Positions 1 to 8,432 of a DNA stretch of 10,651 nucleotides are shown one piece after another. How positions within the stretch are numbered: position 1 is the first letter of the stretch; each line of letters opens with the position of its first letter. The position numbers were made by a program, and so were the translations under genes. The stretch is from Chlamydiota bacterium (GTDB lineage Bacteria > Chlamydiota > Chlamydiia > Chlamydiales > SM23-39): contig JASFVE010000065.1 of NCBI GenBank assembly GCA_050049995.1, positions 1-10,651 of the forward strand. Reading direction: 5' to 3'. Under the pieces are notes generated by a model that worked only from the letters and a program-made list of their open reading frames with translations, was not told where the DNA came from and did no database searches.

Positions 1-829
1 TTATCTCATCATATTTAATGCTTTGAATCTTTTCTTCCACATTACCTAAAACACTGAGATGCATTTTAACCGTATTTAAAGTAGGTATTAACTGAGGCCA
101 TTTGGCTTCAGAAATATAGGCTTCGATAATAAGAAGACCATCAAATGTGATTGTGATTTGATTAGGAGGTGATACTTTTTCTTCCAAAAAAGTAATCTTA
201 TATGGGTGATTATTATCTTGCAGAAAAGCTAACCACTTCGCTAAATCAGACCAAAAAGAAAGCTCAAAATTGATTTCATGAGAGGCCTGTCCTTTTTTCC
301 ATTGAAAAAGCTCTTCTTCCGATATTTGAGAAAATTTCAGAGGAACAGCTTCCTGATCTATTTTAGAAGAATTTAATGAGTTATTAAACTTTTCTATAGC
401 TGCATCGGATAAAAGCTGGAGTTCAAATAACTTTTTATGCGTTTTAGAAAGAAAAAGATAATGTCCTTTTTTCTCTTTTTTTAAGACTTTGTCTGTAAAC
501 CCTATTCTTAATGATAAATAAAAGCAAAAAGCTTTCCAAAATGACTTTTCATATCTTTTTTCTAAAGTTTCTTTTGAACCTCTAAAAATAGCAAGATAAG
601 CAGCGGCTAAGTGAAGGCATTGCTTTTCCTGAACGCAAGTACAAAAAGCATCTTGAATAATTCCTTGCGCATCAAATTGTATGAAAGGGAAATAAGAGGC
701 CTGCTCATTATCATCAAATATTTCAACTTGATATGTCCCTTTAGAAAAGACAATGTCTTTGACATGACCTGCCTTAATAATATGTTCTGCTCTATCCAAA
801 TATTGTAAAACGAAGTCAGGTAAACTCAT
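1..829 (-). CDS. SWIM zinc-finger protein, probably the N-terminus of a chlamydial SNF2/SWI2-family helicase (partial, runs off the left edge; absent from the ORF track)
   Basis: Manual translation from ATG at 829 is open to the window edge (276 codons): MSLPDFVLQYLDRAEHIIKAGHVKDIVFSKGTYQVEIF...DAFCTCVQEKQCLHLAAAYLAIF...ELSFWSDLAKW. A CxC-x5-CxH SWIM motif lies at 611-643. The SNF2 call is inferred from the SWIM-SNF2 architecture known in chlamydiae, and the helicase motifs would lie outside the window. Confidence 0.75.
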   Translation of the reverse strand, partial: MSLPDFVLQYLDRAEHIIKAGHVKDIVFSKGTYQVEIFDDNEQASYFPFIQFDAQGIIQDAFCTCVQEKQCLHLAAAYLAIFRGSKETLEKRYEKSFWKAFCFYLSLRIGFTDKVLKKEKKGHYLFLSKTHKKLFELQLLSDAAIEKFNNSLNSSKIDQEAVPLKFSQISEEELFQWKKGQASHEINFELSFWSDLAKWLAFLQDNNHPYKITFLEEKVSPPNQITITFDGLLIIEAYISEAKWPQLIPTLNTVKMHLSVLGNVEEKIQSIKYDEI

Positions 830-915
830 TTTTTAAATATACAATTTCCCTAACTTCGTTTCTAATAGTGTTGGAATTACTTGTCTAGCGATTTAAGACT
901 AATACGAATGCAATG

Positions 916-2031
916 CTATTTTAACATTTCATCCGGTGACACATAGTCATAGCCTAAATCTTTAGCAACAGGCTCATTTGTAACTTTGCCTAAGCAGACA
1001 TTAAGCCCCATTTTAAGATGAACGTCTTCTTTCATTGCCTTTTTATAGCCTAGATTAGCGAGCTTTAAAGCAAAAGGAAGCGTTGCATTAGTAAGTCCTT
1101 CTGTTGCTGTTCTAGCTGCTGCCGATGGCATATTTGTCACGCAATAATGAACAACACCTTCTACAACATAAGTAGGTTCTTTATGAGTAGTTGGTCGAGA
1201 TGTTTCAAAACATCCACCCTGGTCTATTGCAACATCCACTACAACTGAGCCAGGTTGCATTTTTTTCACCATGTCATACGTCACAAGTTTTGGTGCAGCG
1301 CCTCCTGGAATCAAAACAGCACCAATAACTAAGTCTGCAGTTAGCAGCTCTTCTTCGATAGCTGCTGGAGTAGAATATCTTGTTTTCAATGCAGGTGCAT
1401 ATTGCTCATTAAGCTGTCGAAGCCTTGGGAAAGAGACGTCAAAAATAGTGACATCAGCTCCAAGCCCTAACGCCATACGCATTGCTTCAGTTCCTACAAT
1501 ACCACCCCCTAAAACAACCACTTTACCTGGTTTAACTCCGGGAATACCACCTAAAAGAACACCTCTTCCTCCATTAATCATTTGAAGAGAAGTAGCACCT
1601 GCTTGTACAGAAACTCTACCAGCAACTTCACTCATGGGAACAAGAAGCGGTAATCGATTATATACATCTGTTACAGTTTCATAGGCTATACCTACTACTT
1701 TTTGCTTTAAAAGAGCTTCTGTTTGATCTGGATCTGGAGCTAAATGTAAATAAGTGAAAAGAATTTGCCCCTCTTTTAAAAGAGGAAACTCTTCTGGCTG
1801 AGGCTCTTTTACCTTTATAATCATTTCAGCATAAGAATAAACATCTTCTATAGTAGGAACAACTTTTGCTCCTGCCTCTTTATACATTTCATCGGTAAAG
1901 CCAATTTTTTCCCCTGCTTTAGTTTGTATGACAACTTCGTGCCCTTTAGCAAGAAAAGCTTTTACTGTATGAGGAGTTGCACCAACGCGAAATTCACTAG
2001 ATTTAACTTCTTTAGGTACTCCAATTTTCAT
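916..2031 (-). CDS. ald: Alanine dehydrogenase
   Basis: 371 aa. [16 protein letters not shown]-terminus, IIKVKEP (catalytic Lys), YLHLA (catalytic His), PMSEVAGR, Rossmann [32 protein letters not shown]. Confidence 0.97.
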   Translation of the reverse strand: MKIGVPKEVKSSEFRVGATPHTVKAFLAKGHEVVIQTKAGEKIGFTDEMYKEAGAKVVPTIEDVYSYAEMIIKVKEPQPEEFPLLKEGQILFTYLHLAPDPDQTEALLKQKVVGIAYETVTDVYNRLPLLVPMSEVAGRVSVQAGATSLQMINGGRGVLLGGIPGVKPGKVVVLGGGIVGTEAMRMALGLGADVTIFDVSFPRLRQLNEQYAPALKTRYSTPAAIEEELLTADLVIGAVLIPGGAAPKLVTYDMVKKMQPGSVVVDVAIDQGGCFETSRPTTHKEPTYVVEGVVHYCVTNMPSAAARTATEGLTNATLPFALKLANLGYKKAMKEDVHLKMGLNVCLGKVTNEPVAKDLGYDYVSPDEMLK

Positions 2032-2831
2032 TTTCTCTCTCCAATTTTAAGGTTAACTTGTCCAGAAAATATTTTTTCCGGTTTCGCTACAAGCTGCACT
2101 TGCTCTGGCAATGAGAAGCGGATCTCAACCACCCCTCCAGGATGCACCACTTTTATAGGGCCTTCAAGCTTGAGTACTTCTTTAGCTGCAAATGCAGATG
2201 CAATTGCACCAGTCCCGCATCCCAACGTTTCACTTTCCACTCCTCTTTCATAGGTCCTAACAAAAATAGAAGAACCTCCTTTATAGGAAGCAAAATTTAT
2301 ATTTGCCCCTCTTGGTTGAAAGTGGGTGTGATTTCTTAGCAGGCTCCCCAGAGATGAGACATTGACAAGCTCTAGGTCGTCCACAAATGTGATCACATGG
2401 GGAACTCCTGAGTTCACGAAATGGTAAGTAATTTCTTGCTTTCCTAAAGTAACTTTTTGAAAAAATTTACTCTTTTCAGGCACTTTAATGGCAAGGCTTA
2501 CATTGCCCTGATCAATGTCTACACTGACTTGTGTATCAACTAACTCAAGCGAAACCCGCTGGTCGATCAACTCCTTATCATGCAAATAATGAGTTAAACA
2601 GCAAATGCCATTTCCACAGCTTTCTGCTTCATTGCCGTCAGAATTCAAAATGCGCATTCTATAATCGCATTTTTTCGATTTTTGTAGCAGTATTATTCCA
2701 TCTGCACCGATTCCAAAATTTCTATGACAGAGTTTTTTTATAAAAACTTTATTTAGAATAGGGAAATGACCTTCACGATCATCTATGATGATAAAATCAT
2801 TCCCTACTTGATTGTATTTTGTGAAAAACAT
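2028..2831 (-). CDS. dapF: Diaminopimelate epimerase
   Basis: GNDFII, GIGADG, NSDGNEAESCGNG (first catalytic Cys), NSGVPH, RTYERGVESETLGCGTGA (second catalytic Cys). The stop overlaps the ald start (ATGA). Confidence 0.96.
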   Translation of the reverse strand: MFFTKYNQVGNDFIIIDDREGHFPILNKVFIKKLCHRNFGIGADGIILLQKSKKCDYRMRILNSDGNEAESCGNGICCLTHYLHDKELIDQRVSLELVDTQVSVDIDQGNVSLAIKVPEKSKFFQKVTLGKQEITYHFVNSGVPHVITFVDDLELVNVSSLGSLLRNHTHFQPRGANINFASYKGGSSIFVRTYERGVESETLGCGTGAIASAFAAKEVLKLEGPIKVVHPGGVVEIRFSLPEQVQLVAKPEKIFSGQVNLKIGERK

Positions 2832-3424
2832 TATTGTAAAAAGGCATCAAGCTCTTTGCTGCTCTGAATAACGTGATCTATAAGGTTCATTTCTTCAGCA
2901 GCCTCTTTAGCTGTCATCCAATTATCTCTATCAATCGCTTTTTCAATAGTTTGTTTGTCTTTTCCAGAAGATTGACAATAGATATCAACAATGATTTCTC
3001 TTGTTTTCAGCATTTCTTTTGCTTGAATTTCTAAGTCTGTTGCTTGACCTTTAATAATACCACCAATCAACGGTTGGTGAATCATAATCCTTGAGTACTG
3101 CGTAGCAAGACGCATTCCCTTAGAGGCCGACAAAGACAGCAAGGATCCCATAGATGCTGCAAGTCCTGTTACAAGAGTAACGACGGGGCTTGTAAGAAGC
3201 TGAATAGTATCCCAAATGGCAAATCCTGCATCCACTGATCCTCCAGGAGAATTAATCATAAATAAGATAGGCTTTCCTGGATTCTCCCATTCTAAGAACC
3301 ACAATTTTCTAATAAGGTCTTTCGCGGTATTTTGATCAACTTGATCAGAGAGAAATACCCTTCTTTTAGATAAAAGTGCGTGCTCTATTCTATCATCTAA
3401 ACTTTTTAGTTGACCTTCTGCCAT
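2831..3424 (-). CDS. clpP: ATP-dependent Clp protease proteolytic subunit (chlamydial ClpP1-like by position)
   Basis: INSPGGSV, GLAASMGS (Ser), IMIHQP (His), DRDNWM (Asp). The stop overlaps the dapF start (TAATG). Confidence 0.96.
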   Translation of the reverse strand: MAEGQLKSLDDRIEHALLSKRRVFLSDQVDQNTAKDLIRKLWFLEWENPGKPILFMINSPGGSVDAGFAIWDTIQLLTSPVVTLVTGLAASMGSLLSLSASKGMRLATQYSRIMIHQPLIGGIIKGQATDLEIQAKEMLKTREIIVDIYCQSSGKDKQTIEKAIDRDNWMTAKEAAEEMNLIDHVIQSSKELDAFLQ

Positions 3425-3448
3425 ATTATTTCCTTCCCTTAAACTTAA

Positions 3449-4972
3449 TCATAATTTGCTTGCAACTTCTGTTTTTTTCAAGACATTTTGTGCCTCGTTA
3501 CCTAAAACAAGCTCTGGGTAAAGTGGATATTCTATCAATAATTCCTTAACTTGACCTTTAGCTTTTTCTAAAGCTGAAGGGGTAATTTCAAATTTTGCCT
3601 TAGAAAGCTTCCCTTCTTTAGTTGTTGTAGGTTTTGTATTTTTCAATAAATATACCATAGTTTTTGCAATAACTTCCATTTCATCTTCTTTCATACCCAA
3701 TGTGGTAACAGCTGGGGCTCCTAGGCGAATCCCCGATGTATACCAAGGTCCGTTTTCATCTAGAGGGATAGAATTTCTATTACAAGTCAAGGAAGCTGCT
3801 CTTAAAGCAAGTTCAGCCTGCCGACCCGTTAAACCAAACCCTTTGGCAACATCTACTAAAACTATATGATTATCTGTTCCACCAGTAATTACAGGAATAT
3901 TTTCTTTAATCAGAGCTTTAGCTAATGCTTTGGCGTTTTTAACGATTTGAGAAGCATAAGTTTTGAACGCATCTGTTTTTGCTTCTGCAAAAGCAACAGC
4001 TTTTGCAGCTATTACATGAGGCATAGGGCCTCCTAAGACAATAGGACATCCTTTGTCAACTGTTTCACTAAACTCTTTTTGACAAAGCACTAATCCCCCC
4101 CTTGGCCCTCTAAGCGTTTTATGAGTAGTGGAAGTCACAATATGAGCATAAGGGATAGGATTATTCACACCTGTCATCACCTTTCCTGCGACCAACCCTG
4201 CAAAATGAGCCATGTCAACTAACAGTACAGCGCCAACACTATCAGCAATTTCTCGCATTTTAGCAAAGTCGATAAGCCTGGAATATGCTGAGTAACCAGC
4301 AATAAGAATTAAAGGCCTCACCTCTTTTACCTGCCTTTGCAAGGCTGCATAATCAATAAGAGCAGTATTTGGATCTACTTCATATGGAAAAGAGTTCATC
4401 ATTTTAGCTGTAACGTTGTATCTATATCCATGAGTTAAATGTCCTCCAGAATTTAGAGACATTCCCATCACTTTCTGATTGATTAACAGCTGCCTAATTT
4501 TTTCGTGTTCTTCTTTAGTTAGCTCATCCAAATTTTTTTTAGACAAAGCTTCCATTTCCGGCGTTTGCACCTTTTGGTACAAAATAGACCAAAGAGCAAC
4601 AAGGTTGGCATCTGCACCCGAATGAGGTTGAACATAGGCATGATCTGCTTCAAAAATTTCCTTAGCAAGTTCATTAGCTCTTCCTTCTACGGCATCAACA
4701 TTTTCACAGCCGGCATAAAATCTATGCCCTACATACCCTTCGCTATATTTGTCCGTAAAAAGATTACCCATTGCTAGCTGCACCTCTAGAGAGGAATAGT
4801 TTTCTGAGGCAATCAGCTTTAAATGAGACCTTTGATCTTCTAGCTCTCTAATAATTTCTTTAGGGATCTCGGGGCTTTTTTCCCCTACTGCATCCAATGC
4901 AGCCATGTAAGCAATCGCTTTTTTTGTCCTTTTTTCTTTCTTGACTTTGTCAAAATAATTTTCTAAATACAT
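3449..4972 (-). CDS. glyA: Serine hydroxymethyltransferase (long chlamydial type)
   Basis: LKLIASENY, DKYSEGY..RFYAGCE, VQPHSGADAN, GGHLTHG, VDMAHFAGLVAG, TSTTHKTLRGPRGG (PLP lysine), SGIRLG. There is an insertion after HSGADAN. SD AGGAG at 4978-4982. Confidence 0.97.
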   Translation of the reverse strand: MYLENYFDKVKKEKRTKKAIAYMAALDAVGEKSPEIPKEIIRELEDQRSHLKLIASENYSSLEVQLAMGNLFTDKYSEGYVGHRFYAGCENVDAVEGRANELAKEIFEADHAYVQPHSGADANLVALWSILYQKVQTPEMEALSKKNLDELTKEEHEKIRQLLINQKVMGMSLNSGGHLTHGYRYNVTAKMMNSFPYEVDPNTALIDYAALQRQVKEVRPLILIAGYSAYSRLIDFAKMREIADSVGAVLLVDMAHFAGLVAGKVMTGVNNPIPYAHIVTSTTHKTLRGPRGGLVLCQKEFSETVDKGCPIVLGGPMPHVIAAKAVAFAEAKTDAFKTYASQIVKNAKALAKALIKENIPVITGGTDNHIVLVDVAKGFGLTGRQAELALRAASLTCNRNSIPLDENGPWYTSGIRLGAPAVTTLGMKEDEMEVIAKTMVYLLKNTKPTTTKEGKLSKAKFEITPSALEKAKGQVKELLIEYPLYPELVLGNEAQNVLKKTEVASKL

Positions 4973-5025
4973 AAGATCTCCTAATAACTAGTAAACAATA
5001 GAACATATTTGATATTCCTTTTTCC

Positions 5026-5055
5026 TTGAAGGAATCATTTATTTTCGGTTAAATT
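5026..5055 (+). promoter_or_regulatory. Possible primary-sigma promoter for cdsZ-rnpB
   Basis: TTGAAG (5026-5031), 18 nt spacer, TAAATT (5050-5055) in the divergent glyA/cdsZ intergenic region. Weak match in AT-rich DNA. Confidence 0.3.
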
Positions 5056-5098
5056 ATTTGGTGACGTCTATTCATAAACCAAAATCCTCTGAGGTAAA

Positions 5099-5866
5099 AT
5101 GCTTAAAACTCTCAAAAATATTATTGATGTTCAAGAACTCGACATGAAGATGATACGTTTAATGCGTTTAAAAAAAGAACGTCAGAACGAGCTTGCTCAT
5201 ATTGACTCTTTACGTCAAGACTTGAAAAAACAGCTTTTAGAAAAAGAAAATGAAATTGTAGAACTCAATCAAAATATTGCTTCACAAGAGGCTAAAATTG
5301 AAGAAGTTTCCGAAAAAATCCAAAAACTTGAATCTAAGCAAATGAGCGTGAAAAAAGTTGATGAATTCAACGCACTGACACAAGAGCTTACCCAATCTGA
5401 AAGAGAAAAAGCTGCTACTGAGCAAATAACAAGTGATTTGATCGATAAAAGAAATTTGGAAGAAGAGATTTTAGAAAAAATTAAAGAAAGTCTTAAAGAA
5501 TCTGAAGATTCAAGTCGAGCACTTGTTGAAGAAATCAAATCTAGTATTCAGTCTATCAACGAAGAAGGCAAAGAATTAAAATCTCAAAGGGATGTTCTTG
5601 CAAAAGACGCTGATGTGGAAGTTTTAAAAATTTACGACAAACTTCTTCAAAATAAAAGAGACAGAGTAGTTGTTCCTATTGAAAACAGAACTTGCAGCGG
5701 CTGCCACATTGCTTTAACTGCTCAACATGAAAATTTAGTAAGAAAAGGCGAAAAGCTTGTCTTTTGCGAACATTGTTCTCGCATTCATTACTGGCAAGAA
5801 AGTGACGCTTTAGAAGGAACATCTGTAGCTACGAAAAGACGTAGAAGAAGGATGGCTGGAGTTTAA
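5099..5866 (+). CDS. cdsZ: Coiled-coil plus C4 zinc-ribbon protein, CT398/CdsZ family
   Basis: 255 aa. QELDMKMIRLMR N-terminus, long E/K-rich coiled coil, VVVPIENRTCSGCHIALT..LVFCEHCSRIHYW zinc ribbon, KRRRRR tail. SD GAGGT at 5091-5095. Confidence 0.88.
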   Translation: MLKTLKNIIDVQELDMKMIRLMRLKKERQNELAHIDSLRQDLKKQLLEKENEIVELNQNIASQEAKIEEVSEKIQKLESKQMSVKKVDEFNALTQELTQSEREKAATEQITSDLIDKRNLEEEILEKIKESLKESEDSSRALVEEIKSSIQSINEEGKELKSQRDVLAKDADVEVLKIYDKLLQNKRDRVVVPIENRTCSGCHIALTAQHENLVRKGEKLVFCEHCSRIHYWQESDALEGTSVATKRRRRRMAGV

Positions 5867-5870
5867 TTTT

Positions 5871-6226
5871 TTAGGAAAGGCATGCAATCGCTGCTTAAAT
5901 TTTAAGCAGAGGAAAGTCTGGACTTCACAGGTGAAGATACCAGAGAAACCCTGGGGGCCGCAAGGCTACGGAAAGTGCAACAGAAAACATGTCCACTGCA
6001 TACTTTTTGCAGACAGAGTGAAAAATTTGACTTTGAGAGTCAAACACACTTAAGGCAACTTAAGGTGCTGCAAACCCTATCTGAAGCAAGACCTAAAAAA
6101 GGGAATGACTTATCACCAGAGTTTTCCCTGCGGATTGGTCGCATGAGGGCTTTGGCGACAAAGCCCCTAGATAAATGATTGCACAGCTTTTAGCTGAACA
6201 GAATCCGGCTTACAGACTTTTCCTAA
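5871..6226 (+). ncRNA. rnpB: RNase P RNA, bacterial type A
   Basis: GAGGAAAGTCTGGAC and ACAGAATCCGGCTTA (P4 halves), P1 ttaggaaagg/cttttcctaa, P2 tgcaatc/gattgca, P6 ggtga (5930-5934)/tcacc (6113-6117), plus GGAAAGTGCAACAGAAA, GCAAACCC, GAAGCAAG and AGATAAAT. Ends are approximate. Confidence 0.97.
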
Positions 6227-6232
6227 GAAAAT

Positions 6233-6261
6233 GGCAGAGGTTTTTCCTCTGCCTTTTTTTT
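6233..6261 (+). terminator. Intrinsic terminator downstream of rnpB, possibly also used by the convergent xerC
   Basis: GGCAGAGG-TTTTT-CCTCTGCC perfect 8-bp stem followed by T8. The GAAAAT before the stem gives a weaker U-tract on the minus strand. Confidence 0.9.
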
Positions 6262-6264
6262 GCT

Positions 6265-7170
6265 TTAACTTCTTGGGTGCGCTTTATCATAAGTCTCTTT
6301 CTTTAATGTGATAGACACATGGGTATATACCGTAGTTGTAGTCAATGCTTTATGCCCCAGTAACATTTGAATAGTCTTCAAGTCCATTCCATTTTCCAAC
6401 CAGTGCGTTGCTATAGTATGCCTTATTTTATGGGGAGTGATTTTTTCAGGAATGTTAGACATTTTTAAGTAAGTTTGGAAATTTCTATCTACGGACCTTG
6501 TCGTTATCCTTTTCCCCCACTTGTTTAAAAATATGGCATAAGGATCTACTTCTCCTTTATGCTCCTTAGTATCTTGAAACCTTTCAGGATGCTCTAAATA
6601 TTGACCCAACCACTTACACGCTGTTGATGTTACTGGAAGAACTCTTTCTTTTTTCCCCTTTCCTTGTACTTTTATTTGCTTTGCTTTTGGGTGAAAATCT
6701 TCTCGGTTCAAGGCAACTAGTTCACTTAACCTTATACCGCTGCTATAGAAAAGCTCCATAATGCACCTATCCCTAAACCCTAATAGCGAGCTGGTGTCAG
6801 GTTGAGAAAAAAGCTCCTCCACTTGCTGATAAGTAATAATTAACGGTAGTGTTTTTTCTCGCTTGGGACTTTCTATATCAAAGATCGCAGAAGTAGTTAT
6901 CCATTTATTTTCCAAACAAAACCTGGCAAACGAGCGAAGAGATGATAATTTGCGGTGAACAGTTCTACTCTTAGATTTTTTATCATATAAAAATGATAAA
7001 TAAGACCTTATATGAGACCTTGCAATCTCGCTCAATTGCAGTTTTTTGTGATTTTGCAAAGAATAAAATTCCCGCAAGTCTAGAAGGTAATTACGAACTG
7101 TGTGCTTTGAGCAATTTTTCACATAAAGAAGGTAATTTTCAAACCTCTCAAGCGCCTCTAGAAATAACAC
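6265..7170 (-). CDS. xerC: Tyrosine recombinase XerC
   Basis: 301 aa, GTG start with AGGAG SD. SKHTVRNYLLDL, RKLSSLRSF, RDRCIMELFYSSGIRLSEL (Arg), GKGKKER (Lys), TPHKIRHTIATH (HxxR), LLGH, TTVYTH (Tyr). XerC rather than XerD is by overall resemblance and context. Confidence 0.88.
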   Translation of the reverse strand: MLFLEALERFENYLLYVKNCSKHTVRNYLLDLREFYSLQNHKKLQLSEIARSHIRSYLSFLYDKKSKSRTVHRKLSSLRSFARFCLENKWITTSAIFDIESPKREKTLPLIITYQQVEELFSQPDTSSLLGFRDRCIMELFYSSGIRLSELVALNREDFHPKAKQIKVQGKGKKERVLPVTSTACKWLGQYLEHPERFQDTKEHKGEVDPYAIFLNKWGKRITTRSVDRNFQTYLKMSNIPEKITPHKIRHTIATHWLENGMDLKTIQMLLGHKALTTTTVYTHVSITLKKETYDKAHPRS

Positions 7171-7232
7171 CTTTTCTCCTTCCGATTTTCAAGATCTATA
7201 ATTTCTTAAAATATTAAGCAAAGAAGTATTTT

Positions 7233-8309
7233 TTAAATAACCCCGACTTCAAGAGCTACTACATCTTGAGGTAAAACCTGCTCGGAAGTCCACTCAGCTT
7301 CCTTTTTAAGAGTTTTCTCAGAAATATATGAAAATGGAACTCCCTTCACTCTTTTTTGTAGGTCAAATAAATACTGATAAATTTTTTCAAAAAAACTTTC
7401 TTGTTGGTAATGCCTGTTTTTCACCTTCAGAAGGCTTATACTTCTTTCTCTTGCTTTTTCCAAATAGCCTAACTTCCAAATATAATGAAGGGTCTTCCAA
7501 ACTTCTTTAACAACAAAGAAAGGAACAACAAAACCGGATAAATAAGTATTCTGTAGGTATTCTGCCCTAGAAGAAAAATCCTTTTCAGAATAATTTATTG
7601 AAGCAAGCCCCCTATATGCTACATACCCTCCTAAAAAGCTACCCACACATCGAAAAACAACTTCAGAAAGCTTGTTAATTTTCTTAGAGAGTAAATATCC
7701 CTTTTTAAAAGCAGAAAAAAAGCTTACTTGAAAATTTTCCATTTTTATTACCACATTAGAAGCAGTAACTTGACTCTCATCTTCTTCTGGAAAATCAAAA
7801 ACCTCTTTCTCTAAGCTGTTATCCAGTGTTTGACTTAAAGGTGGAATATAATATGTATTTTGACTTCGTAAAAAAGCTAGGTGCTTTACAGCTTCATTTA
7901 AGATCAAATTTTTATCGATAATGCTATTTAATTTTTTTGCCTCTTCAATCCATTTATCTCTTATAATAGCAAAATTTCCAACATTCCACACATCCTTGTG
8001 AAATTTCAAAAGTTGCTTTCCAAGCATATAAGGAATACAAAAAGATAGCACTAAGCTTAAGTTTTGTTGCCCTTTTGAGGAAAATTCATTTTCAGGAAGG
8101 CCCCAAGTAGAAAAAGCTAAGTAACTATGAAATAAAGCACCCACAGTTAAGATTTGCAAACCCATCAAACTAGTAAAATGTGTTTTATTTTGCTTAAGTA
8201 CTCGATAGCCTTTATGAAAGGTTTTTAAAATCCCCTCATTAGTGTTTTCCACCCTTTGATATATAGCAGAAAGATCTTTTTCTTCATTCAGATTAACTTC
8301 GTATAGCAC
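7233..8309 (-). CDS. Hypothetical membrane protein with two ~170-aa internal repeats (paralogue A)
   Basis: Long ORF (the track gives 7233-8387). The start is reassigned to GTG at 8309 because AGGGGAG (8315-8321) lies 5 nt upstream, giving 358 aa, close to the neighbour's 361 aa. Each repeat has two hydrophobic segments. Confidence 0.75.
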   Translation of the reverse strand: MLYEVNLNEEKDLSAIYQRVENTNEGILKTFHKGYRVLKQNKTHFTSLMGLQILTVGALFHSYLAFSTWGLPENEFSSKGQQNLSLVLSFCIPYMLGKQLLKFHKDVWNVGNFAIIRDKWIEEAKKLNSIIDKNLILNEAVKHLAFLRSQNTYYIPPLSQTLDNSLEKEVFDFPEEDESQVTASNVVIKMENFQVSFFSAFKKGYLLSKKINKLSEVVFRCVGSFLGGYVAYRGLASINYSEKDFSSRAEYLQNTYLSGFVVPFFVVKEVWKTLHYIWKLGYLEKARERSISLLKVKNRHYQQESFFEKIYQYLFDLQKRVKGVPFSYISEKTLKKEAEWTSEQVLPQDVVALEVGVI

Positions 8310-8432
8310 AGCAACTCCCCTAATCAATTTGAAAATTGGCAAAACATAGTCGATATCAAAAAAATTATAAACAAATTTTTTAAACAAAAAAAACTTTCGC
8401 TTTACAGTTTTGTTAAATTTAAAAAAAAAATC

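Noticed and set aside
611..2743. Short plus-strand ORFs 611-808, 1271-1585, 1924-2253, 2142-2339 and 2531-2743
   Set aside because: Antisense shadows of the SWIM protein, ald and dapF, with no recognisable motifs.
5014..5035. Inverted repeat ATTCCTT-N8-AAGGAAT in the glyA/cdsZ intergenic region
   Set aside because: Single 7-bp-arm repeat with no match to an operator I recognise (not CIRCE). It could arise by chance.
5833..5850. KRRRRR tail of CdsZ as a nuclear localisation signal
   Set aside because: I recall a basic tail being typical of chlamydial CT398 orthologues, and nothing here indicates secretion.
5975..6178. 67-aa ORF on the plus strand
   Set aside because: Lies entirely inside the RNase P RNA gene.
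6265..7170. Tyrosine recombinase next to an RNA gene as a possible island integrase
   Set aside because: Size and motifs fit housekeeping Xer. There is no arm-binding N-terminal domain, and no duplicated rnpB 3' end (att site) is visible in the window.
8311..8321. Minus-strand AGGGGAGTTGC resembling the 5' end of the Mn-sensing yybP-ykoY riboswitch (GGGGAGUAGC)
   Set aside because: The downstream conserved elements (CGUCAA-type loop and closing GAGACC) are absent. It is better explained as the SD for the GTG at 8309.
8310..8387. N-terminal extension of paralogue A from the ORF track's TTG start
   Set aside because: No SD and low-complexity T-rich sequence. The GTG at 8309 has a strong SD and gives a length matching the paralogue.
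8394..8418. dif-like sequence CTTTCGCTTTA-cag-TTTTGTTAAAT near xerC
   Set aside because: The right arm matches the E. coli XerD arm at 10/11 positions, but the spacer is 3 bp rather than the required 6, and the context is very AT-rich.
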